From positions 51,398,001 to 51,462,000 of the forward strand of contig NC_086373.1 in assembly GCF_036588685.1 (NCBI RefSeq): a stretch of 64,000 nucleotides of DNA, in the 5' to 3' direction. Origin of the DNA: Mytilus trossulus. Lineage: Eukaryota. Shown here one piece after another: positions 28,511-40,769 of the stretch. Made by a program: the position numbers and the translations under genes. The first letter of the stretch is position 1; each line of letters opens with the position of its first letter. The notes beneath the pieces were generated by a model. It had not been told where the DNA came from and did no database searches. It worked only from the letters and a program-made list of their open reading frames with translations.

Positions 28511-29100
28511 GGTAATATGGGAGTCTAAAATAGAAATGATATAATTTGTTCATACTTGGCCAAAACGTAGTATCTGTTGATATATGTTGCAAAATAAAAT
28601 AAAAATGATAGGTCACCGGGCATTTTCTCAAGCTATAGGACGTGACAAAATGATACATTTTGTATGGATTATTCAGGAAAAAACACCATTTTGTGATTAG
28701 AAACTTAACAAAATGATAGAATTGTTAAATACTTAAGGAAAAGATAGCTTTCAGACAATGCTTTGAGAATATCAAAAGAAAAGATAGGGTCACCGTACAT
28801 TTTTTCTGGCTAAAATACAAAATAGGAAAATTCCATGTAGAATCCTTCAGAAAATGCACTGTTTTAGAGTTACCTCCCCTTAAAATGGCAATTTGATTTT
28901 TTTAAAACAACCAAAAATAATCAACATTTGCAAAAATATTAATATCTATAAGTTATTTTTTTATAAATTGGTTCTGTTAAATGAAAATTTATATTAAATA
29001 TCTGCATTCCTGCATCAAATTTTGCTAACTTGATAGAAAATCTGGACCTTTGGTTCACTGTTTTTTACAATCCAAGATGGAGGAAGACACCCATACCACC
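28511..29100. mobile_element. Kolobok-type non-autonomous element
   Basis: Exact TTAA on both sides (28507-10, 29101-04). 16-bp imperfect TIR GGTAATATGGGAGTCT / AGACACCCATACCACC beginning with GG. Confidence 0.8.
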
Positions 29101-29776
29101 TTAAATGTATTTTAGCGCGAAAATTAACTTACATTTATACCCCCTTCACATACACGAATGTGTCTTACGATTCCTTACGAATGTTGTTTGTTTTATCAAA
29201 TGCAAGCATTCGCAAGCAATCGTAAACCACTCGCAAGCAATCGTAAATCACTCGCAAGCAATCGTAAACCACTCTTAAACAAATCGTAGACATTCGCAGA
29301 CAATCGTATCGATTCGTAAAACTATTTGGAAATTTTTGGACATGCCAAAAATTTAACACGAATGTCCACGAATCATTTCATTCGTAAAGAGCTCGCAAAT
29401 CACTCGCAACAATTCGTTAATGCATCGTTAACCGATCGCAACAACTCGTAAATCATTCGCAAGAAATCGTGAACAGTTTGATTTAAGAATGTTTAACGAT
29501 TCATTTACGAATAGTTGCGAGCAGTTTACGATCGCTTTGCGATGGATTAACGAATTGATACGAATTCACGCGAGTGCTTTACGAATATATCCGAATGCTT
29601 TACGAATGTATACGAATACTTTGCGACTGCTTTGCGAGTGCTTTGCGAATGTTTTACAAATAGGAATATTTAACAAATGATTTGACGATAAAATTGGGGT
29701 TTTGTTTTTATTCTAATAGTTCGTTTCAGTTGTTATAAAATCGTGGAAGAAGGAAGTCGCATTTTACTATTGAATC

Positions 29777-31620
29777 ATGGCTCCAAAGAGAAGACCTGCT
29801 GCAAGGAAAAGGAAGACAAATCCTGCTTCACCTAGATCCCCTACACCACCACCACCATCGCCCGAAACACCAAACCCCGCCGAATTACCACCACCAGAGG
29901 CAAACCCACCAACCGTTGGTATCGAATATCCTGAGCAGCAACTTTCAGATACTGACAATGTTGATACAGCCGGCTCAAACTTTGCCTCAGATGAGGACGA
30001 TTTGATAGCCACTGCCACAACCAGTGCAGCAGTAAGTGAGATTTGCTTATTCAATGTCTTTGAAAATCACCTTTATAAAGCACATAAAAAATGTATGAGT
30101 TTCATAGACAGATATTTAGTGAAATTGGCAATTGAGGAACTGCATTTTATTCAAATAAATCATCAAAATACGATACATGCAAAGAAAATCTGCATTATTT
30201 AAATCAGATTAGTTGGACAGAATAGCAATATAATAAGATTAAAGTTAAAATAATTATAACACGGAATCTATATCCAGAGGCCAGTGTATAACTGTTGTTG
30301 AACGTATTGGCAAAAATGTAATTAAAAAAGATAACAATGTTTATGATACTTTTCAAACAATTGCAATCAGCATATGAACTTCTTGAAAGACCGGTCATTA
30401 TAAAAATATTTATGAGTGTATTTTATAGTAAAGTCGTTGATAGTTATCACGAAAATGGACATTGTGTATTTTCAGACTCGCAAGAAGAATAAACCCAAAA
30501 CTAAAAGTGCGAGAATACTGACGATCGAAGAGGAAGACGAAGTAATTGAGTGGTTAAAGTCAAATCGTTTTCTATACGACAAGACAAGTATTGATTTCAA
30601 AAATCGCGATAAAAAAGAGCGAACATGGCATGAAATGGAACAGAGGATGAAGTTGAATCCCGGTGATCTTCAAAGATGGTATACGTCCTTAAGAACCACG
30701 TATGTGAAAGAAGTAAAGAAAAGAGAAAACACCACACGATCCGGAGCCGGTGTCGGAGATGGTTTGCTAACATCTAGAACTAGCTGGTTGTTGGAGAAAT
30801 TCGAGTTTGTAAAACCCTTTGTCTGTCAGGCAAGAGGAACCAAGGGGTCACAGATCAAGAAACCTGACCGGTACTCAGACTGCAGTGAGTCATCAGTTCC
30901 ATCAATAACGACCACGGAAAGTACACCACAGTCAGTGACAACATCGTCAACTACAACAAAGATATCTGACTGCCTAGAAAAAGTTTCTCAGCAGTTAGCA
31001 GTCCCAAAGAGTGACATAGAGAAGACCTGCGATTTCCTTAGTACGCTAATGGCAAAGATGACCCCTTCCTGTCTGGAGGATTTTACGAATGAAACTATCT
31101 TCAAGGCAATGGAGTATGTTAAACAGTCTAAACAGGAACAGCGTCAAACACAACAACCGCCAAGGGATGATTTTATACAGCCATCCCAGCTTTCATCTAC
31201 ATTCACAGACCCTTCCCAGCAAGTAAATCGCCAAACATTACCTCAATTTACCCAATTACAACCTCAACAGCAAACTGCATTTGAAATAACAGGCCTTCAA
31301 TTAGACCGACAACATCATCCATGTCGTTCAGGCATCGTCAGCCGCAACAAATGTCTACTGATCGCGACTATATCATTGCACGCAACTTAGCAGCTTCGAA
31401 TCCGCCAGCTGACGTCCTTCAACAATATGGTCGATACCAATGGGCAGAACTGCAACCGACTAACTTGCAACCTATCTTAATGGGTCAACAGCAACAGACA
31501 GTATACTCAACTCACACTACAAGTCAGACACCAAGTGCTATTGAATCAACTGCGACAGATACAACATCAGTACTGACGGATGCTTATGAGACAATAAACC
31601 CAGAAACACCTTTCATATAG
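29777..31620 (+). pseudogene. Harbinger MADF/Myb-SANT DNA-binding protein (2 exons: 29777-30031, 30476-31620; frameshift near 31300-31325)
   Basis: Phase-0 intron GCA|GTAAGT...TTTCAG|ACT. MADF motif EVIEWLKSNRFLYDK...DFKNRDKKERTW...QRWYTSLRTTYVKE; WLLEKFEFVKPF. The Q/T-rich tail continues in another frame. Confidence 0.82.
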
Positions 31621-31899
31621 ATCTTCGACGTGAATGACTGTTTATTTTCATTTAGAAAAGATTTAGGAAAATCTTGAATAGAGAACCTTTAAATGTATAA
31701 CTATTTGTAGATTGTAGAAAATTTGTAGCTTTTTTTGAGAATGAAAAGAAATAGGTTAATCCACATTTGTTTATGTTGTTTATTTTAGGAACCAAAATTT
31801 TTAAACAAAACCAATAAAAAATGACATCGCTGAAAAGTGTAATATGCAAACGGAATCTTTTGCCATTACTTGGCGCCTGTGCCCTTTTCAATGTACATT

Positions 31900-32115
31900 T
31901 AGTTGTAAATCAAATTCGAACACACTAAGGAGCAATCAATAATCATAAACCACAAAGAAGACAATGCCATGGCAAATACACAACAGGCAACACAAATAAC
32001 AACATAACAAAAACTAAAAACAAAGCAACATGGACCCCAAACAAAAACAAAATGTGGTGAACTCAAGTACCCTGGAAGGGTTAGCAGCTCCTGCTTCAAG
32101 TGTGACAACCGTCGT
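31900..32115 (-). mobile_element. Penelope-like 3'-end fragment inserted between the Harbinger genes
   Basis: Reverse complement of the GAAGCAGGA..TGCTTACCCTTCCGGAG... motif seen at 40448 and 59665. Confidence 0.6.
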
Positions 32116-32462
32116 TTAGCTTAAATGTCAAAATCATTCTGAAACTCATTTATTGATGCTTATCAAAGTTTGTGTTTAAACTCAACCTATTCTTTTTTGC
32201 GCGTGTTGGGTCGTTGCCTCTTTGACACATTCCACGTCTTCACTCATATTCTATCCCTTAAATACCATTCCAAGTACTAGTATTGCAACAAATTTGTATT
32301 ATAAAGTGTATGTCAAACAAAGTTGGAGTGAATTATTCATTATGATAGAACCTCATTCTGAGATTTTTTATAGTCCTATCTATATCTAAATTTTTATTTT
32401 TAAACATTACATCAATTAACACAATACTGATGCATTCAAAACAATCAATGTTTCTGAACCAG

Positions 32463-34190
32463 TCAAATCATGTTCTCTTGCCAATCTAAGGCGCCTGCTT
32501 CCGAGTTGAAGTAATTTTTAAGATAGTTCCTTTGATCAATTCCAGCAGCGTTACCAAAATTTCTCTGATACCCTGGGTCTCCGTCGGTAAGTTGCGCACC
32601 TTGTCGCCATTGTCCCTCTATTAAATTATGATTGTTGTCTTCTTCGTCAGCAAACAGTTGTAGATCAGCACGTTTCCTTATCCGAAGTAAGTTATGAAGA
32701 GTAGTACAAGACAGTACGATTAAATCTACTGTTTCCGGCAGTTGTTGCATAGTTCCAATCAAAATCTGAAATCTCATGGCAAGAATGCCAAAAGCATTCT
32801 CCACAATTCTACGTGCACGGGACAACCTATAGTTAAAGATGCGCTCATCGTGGTCTAAACGTTTTCTTGAATAGGGTTTCATCATCCATGATCGGATCGG
32901 AGAGGAAATGCGTCATCGCCAATAAGAAAATAAGGAATATCTGTTTCACCATTTGGAAGAGGGGAGGGAGGCGGATGATCCAAAGTTCCATCTTCTAACA
33001 TTGGTCGTAGTTCCGAGTCCCTAAATATCTGGCTATCAGATGCACTTCCGTATGAGCCCACACTCAGCCAAATAAACTTATAATCTGCATCAACTAGAGC
33101 CATCATCACTGTAGAGAAGAAATGTTTGTAGTTAAAAAATAACGACCCCGAGTTAGGCGGTTTTCTTATTCTAATGTGCTTCCCATCCAAAGCACCACAA
33201 ACGTGTGGGAGGTTCCATATTCTTTCAAAGTCAGATGCTATACGCATCCAATCTTCCGTCGTAATCTCATCCGGCATGACTTCATCTTTGTATGCTAAGT
33301 AAATTGCTTCGCAGACTTTAGGCACAAAGAGTGATATGGAGTTCCGGGCAACACGAAAGGCATACATAAGATCAGCATACGTGGAACCGGTAGCCAAATG
33401 TCTGAGTGTAACGGCTAACTTCAGTCCTGGTTCAAGTGGTTCCCTGTAACGAGAAATATTTATCTAAACTTACAAACGCATAAAAGGTAAACTGGAAATG
33501 TGTCATACATTAGAATAACAAAAGACAAGACAGTTTAATATACCCACTTCCATATGAATACGAACGTTATTTGGGGCGTTACTAACACGTACTTTGTTCA
33601 CTTTGTATTAAATTTAATTATTTAGAAGCAAAGTGCTTAAGGAAAATTTTTTAAAAGATTGTTTTGCTGACCTTTTTACTTAGATATGAATTTCTGAAAA
33701 AACAGTTAGTATGGTTTTCTAAACTGACTATATCATGCGGAAAATCCAAGCCTCGTCCTTCGGCACCGTCGGATATTCATATGATATAGTCAGCATACAA
33801 AATAAAACTAACTATTATTCTTAATGTACATTTCTGTTTTATTTTGCTTGAAAATTGAAGTACTTACCTGAAAGAGGTAGAGCTTTTTCTGATTGCAGGG
33901 GTAATTCTGTCAAGTATCTCCCCAAACAAGTCGGCATCAACTCTTAAAAAGTTTCTGTAACCAGACGCATCTTCCCGGTTAAGCTCATGCAGGAGTTGGT
34001 CATATTGTCCAAACAAAGTTCTTCTGATGAGCCATGGCCTGCACCAAAATCTACGTTGAGTCCGCCTCCTCCTCCTCCTAAAACAAAGAGGAAACAGTTG
34101 TTGATTTTCTTCCTCTGCCCTCTGTGCCAGTGGAAGAAGAAGTCGAAGGAAGTTATGGAAGAGTAATAATTTATTTCTCTCGTAAGACAT
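32463..34190 (-). pseudogene. Harbinger DDE transposase (HARBI1-like; exons 34190-33868 and 33443-32463; one frameshift)
   Basis: Phase-2 intron TTCAG|GTAAGT...TTACAG|GGAACC gives REPLEPGLKLAVTLRHLATG. Catalytic motifs GALDGKH, GDDAF and RRIVENAFG. A 5-bp duplication at 32891-32900 shifts the frame. Confidence 0.92.
33704..33813. mobile_element. Palindromic mini-insertion in the transposase intron
   Basis: CTGACTATATCAT (33724-36) / ATGATATAGTCAG (33781-93) and outer AGTTAGT / ACTAACT inverted repeats. Confidence 0.55.
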
Positions 34191-35292
34191 GTCTTGTTAC
34201 TCCGAATGTTTACATGGATAATAAATGAGACTGTATGGCCTACTATCTATATGAGTGCATGCATTTCCCATTGCAAAAAAAATAAACATTCGTAAAACAC
34301 TCGTAACTCAATCGCAAATGTTCGTGGGCTATCGTAAACTATTCGTTAACCAATCGTAAAAACTTGGATCAGATCGTTACCATTCGTATTGTGCTCGCAA
34401 AACACTCGTATGCATTCGTTAATTGCTCGTATCTATTCGCAATGAATCGTCTACTGTTATCGTAAAAGCATCGCATTCATTCTTAGTAAATCGTAACCAA
34501 TCGTAAAGCACTCGCAAATCACTCGTAAAAGTGGTTTATTCGCAAAAGATTCGTTAAAGTTTAACGAATCTTGTAAATTTTGGTGATTCGTTAGCATTCG
34601 TAAGAAACATTCGTGTATGTGAAGGGGTTAGGTGGATTTATTGCCGTCGTAGTTCCATCTTGTCGCCTTCGTACTTTTATTCGATGGCAACACGACGGGA
34701 TTACGAGGTCTTCACGAAGTCGTATTGCCATTGTAAGGCCTTCAGGTAGCTTCGTGATACATTCGTATAAACATCGTAATGTCAAAACTGCCCGATGGAA
34801 ACGATGGAAACACGAATGCAATACGATGTTCAAAGATGCATTCCCGGTGACATAGCGATGGTGAGGATGGTGATACGAATTCAATACGAACCCTAAACAT
34901 CGGACACACCTTCGTGGATTTTTTAACATGTTAAAAAATTTAGAACCCTTCCCGAAGTTGTCCCCGAAGGCTAGAAAAACTGGCCGATGGCTTAAGATGG
35001 TTAAAGATGGCACTACGAATAGTCCGATCTGGATACGATCAGTCCCGATTTTGAAAATTTCCATAATCGTGTTGCCATCTGCGTAAAAATCGGGACAGTG
35101 TGACGCGGGCATAATTAGCAAATACCAACCCGAACACATTTGTATGATTTCATTGAGACAATCTTTGTTTGTGTTGCTTGGCTCTAAGCAGCATCTAAAT
35201 TGTTATTTGGATTGAGAGTTGTCTCATTGGGACTCACACCACATCTTCCTTTATCTATATACCTTAAAAACTATTTAAAGACGAGTTTGATC

Positions 35293-36893
35293 CTACCAGG
35301 TATCGAATATACAACCCCGTCCGCACTGGATGCCTCGAATATGCTACAAAGTACAACGCGACCATCGAGTCGGTTTAAACCAAACAGGCCAACGAAAAGA
35401 GAATAATCAAGAAATTCTCAGATCAATCTTAGATTAAATAAAAGAAGAAAAAAGCAATACTAGTAATACAAATTCAAATTTAGTTATATAATTCAATAAA
35501 TTATTGTGACAAAAATAAACATATTACCCATAAATTAAAGAAAGTAAAAAGTATGTATCATCGGATTGCATAATTCAATTCAGAGCACCGAAACCCGAAA
35601 AAGGGACAAAAGTAAATAGAAAATGTTTTCAAAAATATAATATGATTGAGGGATTCGGAACCTCAGTTTGAATACGAATACATTAATTGCGAAATATAAG
35701 TTTTACTAAGAATGTTTTATCTAAATCAGGCCAGTAAAAAAAAAGCAAATTACATAATGGACTAATTCTATTTCATCAAAGATACCGACCAGTCACAGAT
35801 TGAATCCTACTCCATTTGAATGTCTCGTATACACAAAACTGTCCATAATGGCGCAATATATTTTTCAGTCTATGTACAATAGTTCGGTTTTTTTTTTCAT
35901 TTTATGTATTATGTCGTTTTTTTAAGTTCTATGTAATTTATTTTCTGATGCACATCGTCAGAATTTTTTTATATATAATTCTTCATTTAATTTAACAATT
36001 GCGTGTTAAATGATTGGTTTACCAGCTTTCCTCTTAATATCTCCACATCTATATTATATCAGGCGAAGAAATATTTTATTCCTTATCAATCATTAAGCAT
36101 CATGGGATTAGTATTGTAATATTTTATTAAAATACTTTTGATCTTAAATTTTGCTTTTATTGTATGATCTTTAAAATAGATGAAATGCTCATATCAGTGA
36201 CAATACTTTAGTCGACTAATAACTTGGCAATTAAGTCTTTGTACTCCGAGTTATCTACCCGATCCCGATTAATTTCCAACATTAAGTTTATCGTAGATCA
36301 TCATACTCTGTCATTCCATATTTTAGAGTGGTCTGATTTGGAAACTATGAAACAGTGTTGAAGTTGCTTTGCTAAACTAGCTTAGCAAGGAGAGCATATA
36401 CAGTGTTTCGGAGGTTGAAGATTTAGTAGTATCAAAATTAATACGCCTTCGGGTGCGGGAGTTTCTCGATACATTGAAGACCCATTGGTGGCTTCGGCTG
36501 TTGACTGCTCTTTGGTCGGATTGTTGTCGCTTTGACACATTCCCCATTTCCTTTCTCAATTTTAGTATTATTTTCAAATTTTAAATTTTAAATTTGTTTG
36601 AGGCTCATATAGCTCAAATGGTAACCAGTTTTACTTCAATAACGACTGTTTATTCAAAATTACAGTTGATATTGATGTGAAAATAAGCAAATTTAACATA
36701 CCAAGAAACTAACCAAAATTCAAGCATCTCGATGATATCAGCTATTTTGTTTCTGATGAACATTCTGTTTTATTTTGTTGTTCTCTTTTCGTAGGCCTTG
36801 TTTGGTTTTTCAACCGCATTGATGGTCGTGTGGTATTATGCATCATATTCGAGGCCACCTTGCGGACGGAGTCGTGATTTCGATCCCTGGTAG
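35293..36893. repeat. Diverged inverted pair of about 115-bp tRNA-like repeats (35293-35407 and 36778-36893)
   Basis: CTACCAGGTATCGAA...CCTCGAATATG...GACCATC...AAAAGAGAA is mirrored. B-box-like TTCGATCCC at about 36879. Confidence 0.6.
36443..36565. mobile_element. Partial family A SINE-like repeat
   Basis: Same sequence and orientation as 5505-5630. Confidence 0.7.
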
Positions 36894-37109
36894 TGTAAAC
36901 CCAGTTGGCATCAAAAATAGAAATTACTAACATTATTGAGATGTTTAATTTTATTAACAAAAAAATTGTTAAGCTGGAGGATATTTTTTTCAGCAAACAA
37001 TCGACATTCTCATGAAAACCTACTGTGCTAATTTTTTTGCCGACTGAATCCTTTAAACATATGAGAATGACTTCATATTTAGGAAAAAAGTAATTTTTAT
37101 CCACTAAAT

Positions 37110-37440
37110 AGGAGAGGCGAAAGATAACAAAGAGAAGTTCAAACTCAGTCGAAATTAAATTGAAAAGGTGATGGCAAAAATGGAAACAAACCAACAGAAA
37201 AAAGCAGTATGCAAAACACAACATAGAAAACTAAAGATTGAGGACCAAAAAACATGTGGGGACCTCAAGTGCTCCGGAAAGGTTACCGGATGATAAGTAA
37301 CATTGAAAAAAGTACGGGATTGTCGTTACGACAGTTGGAAAAACTCTGGATTTCGTCCGTAAAGTTTACGAAAAGAATATTTCAACTTTACACATGGAAC
37401 CTTCACGTTAAAAACTGCCTTATAAGGAAATCATGGTAGG
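37110..37440 (-). mobile_element. Degraded Penelope-like 3'-end fragment
   Basis: GAGGCGAAAGATA...AGTGCTCCGGAAAGGTTA, the reverse of 40450-40653. Confidence 0.5.
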
Positions 37441-37623
37441 AAACGCAAGCCCTGAAATATCTTGAAAATATATACATATCATCGTAATACATTTTTGTGG
37501 AAACAATACAAGTTTTGAGTTCGATATTACCTCTTCGAAGCTGTGTGGATTTTTATTAATAAAATAATCAGATTATTGACTTTTTTTCCTCTCTTACAGA
37601 TATATTATATTAAAATAAAGTTA

Positions 37624-37760
37624 ATAAACTCATCATAGATACTAAAATTAAAATTGTGTGCGTCAGTTGCGTGTACATTAGACTCACAATTGACGCTTGC
37701 ATCAAAAAAGATAAATAGGTAAAATAAAGTACGGAGTTGAAGAGCATGGAGGACCCGAAA
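37624..37760 (-). mobile_element. Degraded retrozyme-like unit
   Basis: ATAAACTCATCATAGATAC...GACTCA...TGACGCT...GTTGAAGAGCAT flanks. Hammerhead core destroyed. Confidence 0.55.
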
Positions 37761-38284
37761 TAAAATCCAATGTGTTTACCAACAAGAACTATTTTTAAAA
37801 AAGATATCCGACGTATTTAAATTTGAGTATATGCTTAAAAAAAACGCGGATATCGCACATGCGTAGGTGCGTTCTAAAAGTCATGTACGTACAACAAAGT
37901 TTACATTAAAAAAATTATATAACTGTCCCGAATAAACACCTGTCATGGATGCAAAGAGCTATTGGAGAAACAATTATTTCAATAACAATATAAATCTGTG
38001 TAAGATCTAGTTCAAATATTTATAGTTTTTCACTTACTTTCGATCACGCTATATTAACGAGACGTTTTTTCAAACACAACCAAATCACCCACCATGACAG
38101 CATGTTGTCCAATCACAGAAAGCATTTTCGAGCATGCGTATTCTGTTGCCATAGTTAAGCGTCCTTAAGTTCAAAGGGCACAAACCGAAACTATACCGAC
38201 TACGTCGGAAAAAAATAAGGTTATCTTTTCCTTGGATAGAAAATTCTTAGTATTTGGAGAAAAACATTTTGCACTGATTGAGAT

Positions 38285-38550
38285 TGTGACATGGTGATGA
38301 CTGCTGTACCCATATTTTGACAATTGTACTTATCATGTCTTGTTGTTCATGCATCGTTGTAAATAAAACGGAATCTGATGCGACTGTTATACATGTTCAA
38401 TCTACCATTTCTACATTTTAAAATTACTGTATCAAGTCAGGAATATGACAGTAATTGCTCGTTTGATGTGTTTTATCCTTCGATTTTGCCATTTGATAAG
38501 GAACTTTCCGTTTTGAATTTTCCTCAGAGTATGTTTGTGATTTTACTTTT
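38285..38550. repeat. Interspersed repeat family D
   Basis: TTCCGTTTTGAATTTTCCTC...GTGATTTTACTTTT is shared with 44735-44920 and, in reverse, 14878-14912. Confidence 0.6.
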
Positions 38551-38819
38551 AATAATTATTTCCATATCAATGATTTTTTTTTGTCAACACTGACAGGCTG
38601 ACTACTGGGGTTTTAAATAGACAAAAAATTAAGGCAAAACAGCAATAGAAGAGAGCCCCTTACTTGTATCACAGATTGAAGTCTTATAAAACATTAACAT
38701 ATTGCAATGTTTATTTTCATTACAATAATAGTTTACCTGTGTTATAAACATGCATAACACAAAATTACAAAGATTGCCTTTTGTTGTTATCTAGTTCGTG
38801 CTTAGTGTCATAGGATAAA

Positions 38820-39140
38820 ATATAAAAAGAAGATGTGGTATGATTGCCAACTATCCACAAAAGACCCGAAATGACACAAAAATTAACAACTATAGTTCAC
38901 CGTACGGCCTTCAACAAAAAAAAATGAGCAAAACCCATTTATATAAAAGATGAACGAAAAACAAATGTGTAACACATAAACAAACGACAACCACTGATAT
39001 ATAGGCTCCTGACTTGGGACAGACACATACATACCTAATGTGGCGGGGTTAAACATGTTAGCGGGATCCCCCTAACCTGGGACAGTGGTATAACAGTACA
39101 CCATAAGAACGAACTATACAAATCAGTTGAAAAAGGCTTA
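38820..39140. mobile_element. SINE-like repeat family B
   Basis: Matches 14014 and 25538, with an internal deletion. Confidence 0.75.
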
Positions 39141-39248
39141 ACGCTCAGTTTGAATTCTAGAGATGAAAAGACTATATATATATAGACACTAAAGTGAGGA
39201 GCGTCTATATTTTAAATTTTTACGTTTCTTAGAAATATTCGATACACT

Positions 39249-40653
39249 TAAACAAGATGCTTGATTTCTTGATTGACAACATATTTGTAACGTTTGGAGG
39301 ACGTGTTTTTCAACAGACTGTCGGCATCCTAATGGGAACAAACTGTGCCCCTCTTCTTGCTGACTCGTTTCTTTATTATTATGAGGCTGACTTCATGCAG
39401 GAACTTCTTAGGAAGAAAGATAAGAAGTTAGCAATATCCTTTAACTCTACTTTCCGCTATATAGATGACGTTCTTCCACTAAACAATTCAAAATTTGGTG
39501 ACTATGTGGATCGCATCTATCCCATCGAATTGGAGATAAAGGATACTACAGATACAGTTAAGTTATCTTGACTTACATCTAGAAATTGACAATGAGGGTC
39601 GGTTGAAGACAAAACTTTACGACAAAAGAGATGATTTCAGCTTTCCAATTGTGAACTTTCCATTTCTAAGAAGCAACATTCCAGCAGCACCTGCATACGG
39701 GGTATATATCTCCCAATTGATACGATATTCCCGAGCTTGCATTTCCTATCATGATTTTCTTGATAGAGGGTTACTGCTCATAAGGAAGCTATTAAAACAA
39801 GAGTTCCAAATGGTGAAGATCATCTCATCGTAAATTTTACGGACGCCATCACGAGTTGGTTGACCGTTATGGAATAACCGTTTCACAAATGATATCGGAT
39901 ATGTTCCTTACGTCGTAACTACAATCCCCTTCCCTTTCATGAATTTGACCTACCAAATTAGACTATTTACCGGATTTGTAATCACATAAATAAAGGCAAC
40001 AGTAGTATACCGCTGTTCAAAACTCATAAATCCATGGACAAAAAACAAAATCGGGGTAACAAACCAAAACCGAGCGAAACGCATTAAATATAAGAGGAGA
40101 CACAACACCGAAACCTAACACACACAGAAACAGACCAATCATCAGACAAAACACCACGAGAATAACAAATGTAACATGAAAACCAAATACATGAATTTGG
40201 GATAGACAAGTACCGTGCCACGTCTTATCTCAATATCTCAAAAATAAGAGAAAACACAAACGACTCAACGTTAAAATGCAACACAAAGAGAAACGAACAA
40301 TATTATAACAATGACCATCTTCCTGACTTGGTACAGGACACTTTTAAAGGGGAATAAAAGTGGTGGGTTGAACCTGGTTTTAAGGCATGCCAAACATGCA
40401 TAAACATAAGCAACACGACGGGTGCCGCATGTGGAGGTGCCGCATGTGAAGCAGGATCTGCTTACCCTTCCGGAGCACCTGATATCACCCCTAGTTTTTG
40501 GTGGGGTTCGTTATGTTTATTCTTTAGTTTTCTATGTTGTGTCACGTGTACTATTGTTTTTCTGTTTGTCTTTTTCATTTTTAGCCATGGAGTTGTCAGT
40601 TTAATTTAGATTTATGAGTTTGACTGTCCCTTTGGTATCTTTCGTCCCTCTTT
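39249..40653 (+). mobile_element. 5'-truncated Penelope-like retroelement (RT fragment, disrupted) with 3' UTR
   Basis: MLDFLIDNIFVTFGGRVFQQTVGILMGTNCAPLLAD...FRYIDD and LYDKRDDFSFPIVNFPFL...AYGVYISQLIRY (PLE-type RT core and thumb). Frameshift near 39565. Interrupted by 39990-40403. Confidence 0.85.
39990..40403. mobile_element. SINE-like insertion (family E) with 6-bp TSD
   Basis: ACATAA duplicated at 39984-89 and 40404-09. The uninterrupted target is visible in the copy at about 48700-48735. Confidence 0.75.
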
Positions 40654-40769
40654 CAAACCCAAGGATTGTTGACCCTAAGCTTATCTGGCATAATCTTTTT
40701 GGTTCTTTTGGCTTACAATGCTCTTCTACTAAGTGTTTCATTTAGTACACACTTTTTTTGTTTGATAGC

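Larger units (their letters stand above)
29141..34627. mobile_element. PIF/Harbinger DNA transposon (two-gene, near-autonomous)
   Basis: TIR CCCCTTCACATACACGAATG... / ...CATTCGTGTATGTGAAGGGG. Convergent MADF/Myb-like and DDE transposase genes. TCGYAA subterminal arrays. TSD ambiguous (TTA on the right). Confidence 0.92.
26917..35111. mobile_element. Outer non-autonomous Harbinger/PHIS-like TIR element hosting nested insertions
   Basis: Perfect TIR TGCCCGCGTCACACTGTCCCGATTTTT at 26917 and its reverse complement ending at 35111. CGA/TCG-rich subterminal repeats at 26940-27230 and 34640-35080. Palindromic TAATTA flanks. Confidence 0.85.

Noticed and set aside
29165-29680. Repetitive ORFs (CLRVVYD...) and CRISPR-like 21-bp periodicity
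   Set aside because: These are transposon subterminal repeats with no unique spacers, in a eukaryotic context with no cas genes.
29767-30054. Gly-rich 95-aa ORF with hydrophobic ends
   Set aside because: Antisense shadow of the Pro-rich MADF exon 1.
34591-35139. 182-aa minus-strand ORF and overlapping 80-aa plus-strand ORF
   Set aside because: They span the TIRs and CGA-rich subterminal repeats of two transposons and have no domain features.
36820-36893. Functional tRNA gene
   Set aside because: Only box-like remnants are present and no consistent cloverleaf could be built.
36742-37224. 160-aa minus-strand ORF
   Set aside because: Crosses two unrelated repeat fragments and has no protein motif.
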